Virus record (IMG/VR): IMGVR_UViG_3300017989_000002
Source: a virus
Direction: 5' to 3' (one strand)
Length of the DNA: 64,000 nt
Position numbers and translations under genes: made by a program. Each line of letters opens with the position of its first letter. Within the stretch, counting starts at the first letter, position 1. Of the stretch, positions 55,233-63,604 are shown piece by piece. The notes below the pieces were generated by a model that was not told the origin of the DNA, did no database searches, and saw only the letters and a list, made by a program, of their open reading frames with translations.

Positions 55233-55308
55233 TGGTTGCGGGGAGCGGACTTGAACCGCCGACCTGCGGATTATGAGTCCGCCGCTCTACCAGCTGAGCT
55301 ACCCCGCG
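55233..55308 (-). tRNA. tRNA-Met(CAT), initiator-like acceptor stem, encoded CCA
   Basis: CGCGGGG/CCCCGCA-A-CCA with C1:A72 mismatch; CT-CAT-AA loop. Confidence 0.9.
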
Positions 55309-55321
55309 ACAGGGTGTGAGA

Positions 55322-55395
55322 TCCGGACGGGTGGTCTCGAACCACCGACCCCCTGCTCCCAAGGCAGGTGCGCTACCAGACTGCGCTACGCCCGG
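55322..55395 (-). tRNA. tRNA-Pro(TGG)
   Basis: CCGGGCG/CGTCCGG-A, GCGC/GCGC D-stem, CCTGC-CT TGG GA-GCAGG. Confidence 0.9.
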
Positions 55396-55421
55396 TCGAA
55401 GACCGCGGGCGCAGCTCGACG

Positions 55422-55493
55422 CTACGCCCGCTTGGTCGGTCGGGGCGTGTGAACCGGCATTCGGTTCAGCTGGAGTCGGGAGAGGTCGATCAT
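55422..55493 (-). CDS. Leader peptide MIDLSRLQLNRMPVHTPRPTKRA (23 aa)
   Basis: ATG at the predicted +1; internal ATG CCG (Met-Pro) plus two more Pro, upstream of tRNA-Pro/Met. Confidence 0.7.
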   Translation of the reverse strand: MIDLSRLQLNRMPVHTPRPTKRA

Positions 55494-55500
55494 GGCCCGC

Positions 55501-55529
55501 ACCCTACTCTCGCCCGGAGGCCGCCGCAA
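55501..55529 (-). promoter_or_regulatory. sigma70-type promoter TTGCGG-N17-TAGGGT
   Basis: Same GAGTAGGGT -10 context as the 55186 promoter; ATG 7 nt downstream. Confidence 0.75.
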
Positions 55530-55540
55530 GCTGTTCGCGC

Positions 55541-56098
55541 TCACGAAGGCGAGCCGCTTGCTCCTGACGGGTCTGGGCGGATGCCGTCTTCTTCACGGCC
55601 TGGTGCTTGTGTGGCTTGCAGAGCAAGCACCCGGCACGGGCACTCTTCGGCCGACCTCGCTTGTGGTTCATCGGGAGCCTCCGGAGCGAAGATAGACCGG
55701 GCGACGCGTCCGAGCCAGCGGCTCGCTTCCTTCGTGAACAGCCCCGCGAGAACCCCTGCGGCCGGGTAGCCCCAGGCGTTGTCGGCGTCGGCGCCCATCC
55801 CCGCCAAGAGGATGAGGCCCACCGCGAGCGCCAAGACTGCGGACTCGACGGGGTGGAGCAGGTACCACGCCGCCCAGCTGTCTTGGAAGGTGCGCGAGCC
55901 CAGCTTTGCGCCGAAGCTCGACATCGCGTGGTAGACGCCCCCCAGCATCCCGGCTGCCGCCGTGGCCGCGAGCGTAGCGTCGGGGACGCCTGCCAGAAGG
56001 CCCTCGAGGGACAGGTACAGCACGCCGCCGGCGAGCAGCAGCTGCCCTGCCAGGACGGCGAGCAGCGAGTAGATCCGGTACCAGCTGACCTGGTTCAC
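55541..56098 (-). CDS. Multi-pass membrane protein
   Basis: Four hydrophobic helices; GMLGG, WYLLHP, AGLF. Confidence 0.7.
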   Translation of the reverse strand: MNQVSWYRIYSLLAVLAGQLLLAGGVLYLSLEGLLAGVPDATLAATAAAGMLGGVYHAMSSFGAKLGSRTFQDSWAAWYLLHPVESAVLALAVGLILLAGMGADADNAWGYPAAGVLAGLFTKEASRWLGRVARSIFAPEAPDEPQARSAEECPCRVLALQATQAPGREEDGIRPDPSGASGSPS

Positions 56099-56469
56099 GC
56101 CTCTGCGCGGACGCCGGCGAGTGCCTGGAACTCGGACGTGCCCGCGTAGGAAGTCAGGCACTGCGGCGTGCAGCGAGGACATGGGCACGACAGGCCCAGC
56201 GGGCCCGTGTGCTGCGGGTTGGCCCGCTGGAACTGCTCGAACAGGCAGTCCCGGCCTCCCGTCACGAAGGGCGGGATCTGGAATGGCTCGGGCAGAGGCT
56301 CCGTGATGCGCTCGAGCGGGATGGAGGGCCTCAGCTTCTCGATGACCTCCTGCAGCTTCTCGGCATCGAGGGGCGCCTTCGCCTGGAGCTTGGTGCGGAG
56401 GATGCGCGCGCCCTCGGGGGTGAGGTGGCGGTCGTAGAGCAGCTGGTCGATGTCGGCTTCGGTGATCAC
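56095..56469 (-). CDS. Hypothetical Cys-tail protein, paralog of 20271-20552
   Basis: ITEADIDQLL...EGARILR; CPCPRC. Confidence 0.6.
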   Translation of the reverse strand: MITEADIDQLLYDRHLTPEGARILRTKLQAKAPLDAEKLQEVIEKLRPSIPLERITEPLPEPFQIPPFVTGGRDCLFEQFQRANPQHTGPLGLSCPCPRCTPQCLTSYAGTSEFQALAGVRAEA

Positions 56470-56491
56470 GGGACCTCCAGGCACGTCCAGC

Positions 56492-57172
56492 CTACCGGAC
56501 CATCGCCGGGCGGTCCAGTACGCCGATCTCGTCGGGACCCGTCCCGCGCCAGTCGTCGTTGCGCGCGCCGACGCCGGCAGCCATCACGTGCCCGTTGGCC
56601 TGCGCGCCCAGGATGTTGACGGCGTGGTCGGCCCCGAGGCAGTGCAGGAGCTCATGCGCCACCAGTGCCTCGGCATCGAGCGGGGCGTCCTCCATGCCGT
56701 ACTGCCCAGGGTGAGGGCCCGTCAGCGCGATGCGACACCTCGAGGGCGAACCGAAGGCGAACTGGGGGTCAGCGACGGCGCGCGCATCGGGTCCGGCGGC
56801 CTGCACGGCAGCGTCGTCGGTGACGAACACGAGCCACCCACGAGGGGTGGGGATGCCGAGGGAGGCGCAAGGCGCAGCCTCTGCCTCGGGCACGTACTCG
56901 ACGTTGTGACCCGCTTCGATGACCTCGGCCGCGGCGTACAGAACGAGCGGACGGGCCCAGTCGGATGTCCCGCACTGCGTGACCCGGAGCGTGTTCGGGC
57001 TGGGGGCCTCGTAGCCGGGCAGGCCGGGCACGTAGGGCGGGTAGGCGTGCAGGATGATGAGGAGCGTGATGACCACGAGGGAGAAGGCTCCGCCCACGCT
57101 CCCGAGGATGATGTTGCGGGTCTTGACGTCCACGTAGGGCCTCCCAGAACGCGAGAAGGACCCCCGAAGCAT
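56492..57172 (-). CDS. Membrane-anchored metzincin/matrixin-like Zn metalloprotease
   Basis: HELLHCLGADH (HExxHxxGxxH) plus HVM Met-turn; N-terminal TM; start codon uncertain. Confidence 0.75.
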   Translation of the reverse strand: MLRGSFSRSGRPYVDVKTRNIILGSVGGAFSLVVITLLIILHAYPPYVPGLPGYEAPSPNTLRVTQCGTSDWARPLVLYAAAEVIEAGHNVEYVPEAEAAPCASLGIPTPRGWLVFVTDDAAVQAAGPDARAVADPQFAFGSPSRCRIALTGPHPGQYGMEDAPLDAEALVAHELLHCLGADHAVNILGAQANGHVMAAGVGARNDDWRGTGPDEIGVLDRPAMVR

Positions 57173-57999
57173 CTGTGTCGCCGCTCGCTGAACGAGAGAA
57201 GCTGTAGCCAGGGGGTCCGTCGAGAGCGTAACCGACTCGGTGAAATCCGCCCCCTCGGCCGCCGCACAAGAGCTTGAGACCCGGAGGACTTCATGATCGA
57301 TCTGACCGCCACGAATGACCTGCTTGCCGCGCTGTGGGGCGCCTCTTGGCAGACGGCCAACGAGTTCAACGAGAGCCAGCAGGAGGAGGGACGTGCCGCC
57401 GCCGAGGAGTGGGCGAACGAGGCACCCGGCCGCGGCATCCGCCAGGACTTCAACACCCGCACCATCACCACCATCGACGGCGGGCGCAACCACTGGGTGA
57501 CGCGCCTGGGCACCAAGATCGTGTCGCTGCGCCTGCACGACCGCCGCGGCGCCGAGTTCGGCATCTACGAGCCCGTCATCATCGAGGACACGAGCCCCTG
57601 CACCATCGCAGGTGGCACGCCTACCTGGGCGGTCGTGGTCAACTCGAGCAAGGCGGCCTGGGCGAGCCGGCGCACCCGGCGCGTCCTGAGCGGGCTCGAC
57701 CTGGCCCCCGAGGTGCGTCAGCGGCTGACCACCCTCTGCCACAACCTGCGCCTGGGCGACAGCAACGCCATGGCGAAGGCAGTGCTCGATGAGGTCCGGG
57801 CGTACGAGCTGTCCGGCATCAAGACGACTCCCCGCCGGGAGATCGTCGAGGCCTGACGGCGATGGGCACGGTCTGGTGGACGCCAGGGCCCGTGGAGCTG
57901 CGCAGCCCCGTCAACCCCCCCTAGGGGCTAGCGATGCTCGGTCGGTGCCGGCGAGGTGTTCCCTCGTCGGCACCGGCTCCCGCCTACGCTTCTTCGCCG

Positions 58000-59064
58000 T
58001 CACTCGAACAGGCCACGCAGCCAGTCGGGGTCCGAGATGCGGTCGAGGAGCTCGTCGCTGCGGCGCGCGGCCTCTCGGGCCACCCTCCGTCCGATCTCGG
58101 CGTCCCAGTGCCGCGCGATGCCGTCCTCGAACAGCTGCCGAAGGTGGCGCAGGTCCATCGCATCGACCTCCCACGCATCGTCGGTGTTGTGCTCGGCCCG
58201 GAACTTCTTGTACCGAGAGGAGGTGGGCTTGGCCTGGAAGGGAGGCAGGTCGAGCTCGCGCGCCTGGTCGACGTTGAGCCCCACGCGCTCGAACCGCAGC
58301 GGGAAGTGCGAGCCGGCGGTGTCCATGAGCCGCCGCAGGTTGCGCTCGGCCGACCGGGGGATCTCGTAGCCGTCCGGATCGGCGTCGCCGGCGTAGAGGA
58401 CCACCGCCTCGTTGGCGTAGCCCCCGATCTGCCGTTCGTCGTAGAGCAGGGAGGACCCCAGGCGCCAGCTCTTCTCGTCCACGTCCCCGTTGATGGCGAA
58501 GTCGGCGAGCTTGCGCCAGTCCTCGAGCACCGTGATGCTCGGGTAGCCCTTGGTCGCCAGGAAGGTCACGCCCTGCCTCGTGCAGAGCGGCTTGATGGCG
58601 GTGGTCAGGCCCTGCTTCTCCACCCACACCGAGACGAACTTGGGCTGGTGGACCCAGCGGTCCGTGGCCATCACCGTCGTGTGCATCTCCTGAATCCAGG
58701 AGCCCGCGGTGTCGTGAGCAGCGTCGACGTCGAGGTCCTCGCGACGGAAGTCCCCCTCGATGACGTCCCGGCCCTCGTCGATGATGTGCTCCATCGGCAG
58801 GAGGCCGTCCAGGCGCGCGTCCCGGCAGACGTCCCCCACCCGCTTGCAGAACCTCTCGGCCCCGATGACCTTGCCCCTCTCGTTGGTGCGGGACAGCTCC
58901 TCGGGCGAGACGATGCCTCGGCCGATGAACTTGTAGTAGAGGCCTCGCACCGTGAGGGTGGCGTTGTCCTCGTAGTACTCGAGGCAGATGGGGATGGCGT
59001 GCTCGAGGATCTCCTCCTTGGAGAGCAGCTCCACGCCGTTGTCGATGTCGTCGATGTCGCTCAT
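58000..59064 (-). CDS. TopoVI-A/Spo11-like toprim-domain protein
   Basis: TVRGLYY, VWVEK, GYPS, YAGDADPDG, WEVDAM. Confidence 0.75.
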   Translation of the reverse strand: MSDIDDIDNGVELLSKEEILEHAIPICLEYYEDNATLTVRGLYYKFIGRGIVSPEELSRTNERGKVIGAERFCKRVGDVCRDARLDGLLPMEHIIDEGRDVIEGDFRREDLDVDAAHDTAGSWIQEMHTTVMATDRWVHQPKFVSVWVEKQGLTTAIKPLCTRQGVTFLATKGYPSITVLEDWRKLADFAINGDVDEKSWRLGSSLLYDERQIGGYANEAVVLYAGDADPDGYEIPRSAERNLRRLMDTAGSHFPLRFERVGLNVDQARELDLPPFQAKPTSSRYKKFRAEHNTDDAWEVDAMDLRHLRQLFEDGIARHWDAEIGRRVAREAARRSDELLDRISDPDWLRGLFE

Positions 59065-59459
59065 GTCAGACTCCCAAGGTCCAGGCCAGCAGGCCGGTGG
59101 CGGTGAGCAAGCCCACCAGAGACACGGTCACCACGAGGACGGAGAGCCAATGCGCCAAGGGAAGGATCCCTGCGACGTCGGCCATGCCACCCTCGACAGC
59201 GCGGCGGGTTCTGTAGGCCGTCCGCGCAGCGTAGAAGATCAGGGCGAAGAAGAGGAGGGACACGATCGTCAGGTCGACGACAACGAAGACGGACATCGGG
59301 CTCATGCTGCGGCTCCTGGGGGATTCCCACTTCTTGGGTATGGCCACCCTCGGCCCACGTCTGTACGCGGGTGCCGAAGAAGTTGCGTCTTTGGCCTGTC
59401 TAGTCTATACCCCCTTCACTTACCACTTCTTGTGTGTTCTGCAAGAGAAGGGAGGAGCG

Positions 59460-59822
59460 ATGGTGAACGTCAGCAGGCACGGGAAGGCCCACCGGCTCCG
59501 AGGAGAGGGATGGACCTTCAAGGAGATCTCCCTGGAGCTGGGGTACGCAGACGCCTCTGGCGCTGCGCGCGCCGTCGCGTCGTATGCGAAGCGGCTGAAG
59601 GCTCAAGACCTGCGGCCCCTGCAGAAGCACCCTCGCTCGGAGCGGGCGGGGAAGGCCTACGGGATGAAGGCGCGAGACCTCACGTGGTCCTTCATCTCCG
59701 AGCAGCTCGGCTACGCTTCAGGTGCCAGTGCACGGACCTGCGCCAAGAGCTGGGCGCGCGCCGCCGAGAAGCCGTGGCCACCGCGGTTCACCCTGGACCC
59801 CACGAAGCTGGAGAAGCCATGA
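59460..59822 (+). CDS. Tandem HTH protein
   Basis: GWTFKEISLELGY and LTWSFISEQLGY repeats; GGAGG RBS. Confidence 0.65.
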   Translation: MVNVSRHGKAHRLRGEGWTFKEISLELGYADASGAARAVASYAKRLKAQDLRPLQKHPRSERAGKAYGMKARDLTWSFISEQLGYASGASARTCAKSWARAAEKPWPPRFTLDPTKLEKP

Positions 59823-60189
59823 TCGAGACCATGACCGTCACCGGGGCGCGGGACTTCCCCATCGACATGCTGCGCTACGAGGGCTGCATCCCTCACGACG
59901 AGAGCGACTCCAACCGCATCGCGGAGTCCTGGTACAAGAACGAGCACCCCGAGGAGGGCTACACCGTCGTCCTCCGGAGCTCGCACGGGCAGTCGCCTCG
60001 AGGAGCTCGCTGGAGGTCCTTCGGGTGGCGGGTCGTGTCTGTCGTCGAGCGGGGCCGTCGAGGAGAGCGGCCCGTGTGCCGCTTCTGCCAGGAGATGCGC
60101 TGCACCTTCCGGCGCCCCATGTGCAACGAGGCCCGGGCCGAGCACGAGAAGGCGGTCGCCAACGGCATGCCTTCCTCGGGGCGCTTCGC

Positions 60190-60813
60190 ATGAGCATCAC
60201 CCACGACGATGTCAGCGCCTACGGGCTCCGGTGGCTGCTCACCCGGGGCTGGTGCTCCACTGCGGCGATGGAGATCAGCTACGCCCAGGGCAGGCTCGAC
60301 GCCGTGGGCGTCTCGGTCGACCACGGCCATGAGCTCGCCCGGTACAAGGCCGAGTGGGAGCACCACCTGAACGAGATCGTGGAGGCTCGCCAGCGGGGCG
60401 AGAAGATGAAGCGGAAGCGGGCCGCCCACTGGCCCAAGACGGCGGTGGCTCCCCAGATCGGCTTCGTGGAGGCCAAGGCCACCCGTGCGGACCTGATGTC
60501 GGACTTGCGGCAGAAGAAGATGCACACCTACAGCCCATGGTGCAGCCACGCCTGGCTCCTGGTCACGAAGCAGGCGCTCTTGCTCGACGTCGGAGCCACC
60601 TCGAGGGACTGCCGGGCTGCCGTCGAAGACCTCGACCTCCCCGAGAAGTGGGGGCTGTTGGTCGTGCCTGACCGAGGCAAGGACCCCATCTCGGTCATCT
60701 CCGCCCGCAGGCTGCGCGAGGTCACCTCGGAGGAGTGCGCTGCGTGGAGGGTGCGCATCGGTCGGTCTCTGGCATGGAGAGCCCTGAACGCCGCGGGGAT
60801 GGGCAACCCATAA
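60190..60813 (+). CDS. MmcB-like PD-(D/E)xK nuclease
   Basis: RLDAV...VEAKATRADL.SD...K...Y...C, WGL. Confidence 0.7.
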   Translation: MSITHDDVSAYGLRWLLTRGWCSTAAMEISYAQGRLDAVGVSVDHGHELARYKAEWEHHLNEIVEARQRGEKMKRKRAAHWPKTAVAPQIGFVEAKATRADLMSDLRQKKMHTYSPWCSHAWLLVTKQALLLDVGATSRDCRAAVEDLDLPEKWGLLVVPDRGKDPISVISARRLREVTSEECAAWRVRIGRSLAWRALNAAGMGNP

Positions 60814-60844
60814 GAGCCTGGACCCACAACTTCTTGGAGGGAAC

Positions 60845-61753
60845 ATGGACGCGCTGGATCACGGGATCCTCGTTGCGCTGGACGACGTCGTGCTCGTCGA
60901 CGAGGGTCCCACGGGCGAAGACCTCGTGCTCGCCGACAACCTCCTGGACCGCTTCGTCTGGTTCGTGGAGGACGGGTACAGCAAGAAGATCAGCACGGCC
61001 GTGCGCCCCAAGGAAGGACAGGTACGGAAGGCCATCTGCCTGCGCCTCCAGGGCCACTCGTACCGCCACATCTCGCTCGAGATCGACACTGCCCTGAAGA
61101 GGGCCACGCGGTGGGCGAGCCCGTGGAGGCACTGGTACTGGTACGACAACGGGCTGACCGACTGGGACGAGGTCATCTACCAGTACCTCGAGAAGGGGAT
61201 GCTCCGGCGCAAGCAGGACCTCATCACCTCGGCGCAGGCCGCGAAGGTCCGGAAACGCCGGGTGGCCGAAGCCCGGGCGCGCCAGCAGGAGAGGGACCAG
61301 CAGAGGGCGGAACGGGATGCGCGGGAGCTCGAGCAGCGAATCCAGCACCTGGAGAGGGTCGAGGCTCGCCGCGTGGAGGCCGCAGAGAAGGCCCTCGTCA
61401 TCGCGAAGCGGGTGAAGCGGCAGAGAGAGGAAGGCGGGGCCGCCCTGCGGGAGCTGCGGGTCTGCCCCTACTGGGAGTTCGCCCAGGCCCGGGGCCTCGA
61501 GGGGTTGGTGACCCAGAACAACCTGCTGCAGCCCGCGTACCGGCTGCTCTGCCTGGACCGCGATGAGCTCGTGAGGCGCGCGCAGTACCAGGAGGTCGGC
61601 GAGGAGTTCGCGGTCCTCTGCGATGCGTGGTTCTCGCGCCTCAACCTCTCCTTCGGGATCCTGAAGGGAGAGAACCCGCTCACCGCCTACGAGGCGTGGA
61701 GCACCTTGGTGGCTGCCGGCCACCTCACACCTACCGGAGACGACTCATGCTGA
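60845..61753 (+). CDS. Hypothetical coiled-coil protein
   Basis: GGAGG RBS; CCCATAAG motif variant upstream. Confidence 0.65.
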   Translation: MDALDHGILVALDDVVLVDEGPTGEDLVLADNLLDRFVWFVEDGYSKKISTAVRPKEGQVRKAICLRLQGHSYRHISLEIDTALKRATRWASPWRHWYWYDNGLTDWDEVIYQYLEKGMLRRKQDLITSAQAAKVRKRRVAEARARQQERDQQRAERDARELEQRIQHLERVEARRVEAAEKALVIAKRVKRQREEGGAALRELRVCPYWEFAQARGLEGLVTQNNLLQPAYRLLCLDRDELVRRAQYQEVGEEFAVLCDAWFSRLNLSFGILKGENPLTAYEAWSTLVAAGHLTPTGDDSC

Positions 61754-62008
61754 TGAAGCTGTCCGAGCTGATCGCCCACCTGAATTCCGTCGTCGAGGCC
61801 GAAGGAGACCTGCCTGTCGGCATCGTCCGCGCCTACGACGGCGACCGAGGCCTCGACCTCGTTCGCATGGCGGGCTCCCTGCTCGAGGTGCAGGGCGAGC
61901 TCGACGGAGACACCCCCTACGAAGGCACCGTGATGGCCTTCCACCTCGTCGACCAGGAGGTCGGCGAGATCGTGCCCGCCGAGGACACCCCCCTCAAGGA
62001 GACCGACC

Positions 62009-63604
62009 ATGTCCACTGACCCCGACTACACCGCCGGCGAGGCCCAGCAGTTCCTCCGCTACCTGCTGGCCATCGACAGCAACGGCGGCGAGTTCGACCT
62101 GTCCGAGCACGTGCCCCGCATCAAGCGCATCCTGGGCATCGACCTCGTCACGCCCCAGCAGTTCGATGCCGCCATCGAGGGCGTGGAGCTGGCCCAGGGC
62201 ATCAAGACCGCCGACGACGTCGACCTCCACTCGGAGGCAGGGAACTCGACCCTCACCGCTCTTCGCTCCGTGGCCTCGGCCCTGCACCAGCTCAAGTACC
62301 TGGAGACGCTGCTGCGCCGCGCGGGGAAGTCCGAGGACGTGGAGGCCACCGGCGGGGCGTGGAAGATGTTCGCGCAGGCGGTCCTGAAGGGGCTCGGCAT
62401 CGACCCCTACCTGGCCACCAAGGAGGCAGACCCCGCCGAGGTCGTGAGGTCGGTGCTGGAGCGCTGCTTCTACTGGCAAGCGTGGGAGCGGGTGGTGTAC
62501 GACCGGCACTACGGGACCGGCGACCCTGGCCGGCTCGACCTCCGAGGCATCCGCACCGATGTCCCACCCTTCCACCTGGAGCCGATGGATGAGGCCCAGC
62601 AGGAGGCGGTGTGGGCTGATCTGGCGCAGGGCGAGGTCGACGACCCCGTGACCTTCGACTCGACCCCTCGGGAGGGAGGCTCGAGCCCGTTCAAGGAGGG
62701 CCTGGTCACGTACCTGGTGAAGGGGGAGGGCCTGCCCAACCTGTCGAGCGCCGTCGCCGACGAGATCAAGGAGCGGCTGGCCGAGCCGGGCAAGCACGTC
62801 CCCCTCCCTGGGGAGGAGCCCTCGGTCCTGCATCGGGTCACGAAGGACAGCTACGTCCAGGAGTACCAGCTGACCCCCTCGGTCCCAGGGGTCCACGCGC
62901 CGTGGGTGCGCATGACCGGGTGCACGTGCCGGGCCTGCCTGACGCACTTCCTGGGCGACCTCCCGGCGTGCGTGGACTGCCCCCGCGGGTGGCGCGAGAG
63001 CGAGCGGGAGCCGTGCCCCCGTGCCGAGCTGTGCGACGTCGAGTGCCGGGACGACATGGAGGCGATGGCCAACGAGCCGCTGCCCACGGAGGAGGCCGAG
63101 AGGCCGCCGATCTCGAAGGAGGACCTCCTCGAGGCGCACCGCTACCTCACCGAGCAGACGATGGGCGGCAGGACCCTGCTGCCGTCGTCGCGCATTCTGC
63201 TGGAGCGGCAGCTCGACGCGTGGCTTGCCGAGAAGGGCCCCGAGGTCCTGAAGCGCTACCCCAACGCGATCTCGTGCCTGGAGGCCAACCCCGTCGTGCC
63301 CGGCCGGGTCCGGGGACAGACCACCGACTTCATGCACGTCGACGACATGCCGGCGAACGCTGAGTCGGTGTCGCTGAGCGTCGACGGGGGCACCGTGGAG
63401 CTGCCGTTGAGGGACAGCGCGTGCCTCTACTGCAAGGGCACCGGCAAGGCGCAGGGAGGTCCTCCTTCAGGTCTCGAGATGCTCTGCTACGTGTGCAAGG
63501 GATCCGGTCGAGCAAGGAAGTCCAACCTCGACGGGAAGGGCCTCTTCAACGTGAAGTCGGTGGCGAAGCTCGACATGTACCAGACCGAGGGAGGCGAGGA
63601 GTGA
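62009..63604 (+). CDS. Mosaic hypothetical protein with DnaJ-type Zn finger
   Basis: CLYCKGTG...CYVCKGSG; RGQTTDFMHVDD. Confidence 0.65.
   Translation: MSTDPDYTAGEAQQFLRYLLAIDSNGGEFDLSEHVPRIKRILGIDLVTPQQFDAAIEGVELAQGIKTADDVDLHSEAGNSTLTALRSVASALHQLKYLETLLRRAGKSEDVEATGGAWKMFAQAVLKGLGIDPYLATKEADPAEVVRSVLERCFYWQAWERVVYDRHYGTGDPGRLDLRGIRTDVPPFHLEPMDEAQQEAVWADLAQGEVDDPVTFDSTPREGGSSPFKEGLVTYLVKGEGLPNLSSAVADEIKERLAEPGKHVPLPGEEPSVLHRVTKDSYVQEYQLTPSVPGVHAPWVRMTGCTCRACLTHFLGDLPACVDCPRGWRESEREPCPRAELCDVECRDDMEAMANEPLPTEEAERPPISKEDLLEAHRYLTEQTMGGRTLLPSSRILLERQLDAWLAEKGPEVLKRYPNAISCLEANPVVPGRVRGQTTDFMHVDDMPANAESVSLSVDGGTVELPLRDSACLYCKGTGKAQGGPPSGLEMLCYVCKGSGRARKSNLDGKGLFNVKSVAKLDMYQTEGGEE

Noticed and set aside
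55396-55500. Possible degenerate sixth tRNA upstream of tRNA-Pro
   Set aside because: No T-loop or cloverleaf; better explained as a leader ORF plus hairpin
54832-55695. ORF-track ORFs overlapping the tRNA cluster
   Set aside because: They run through tRNA genes and lack coding signal
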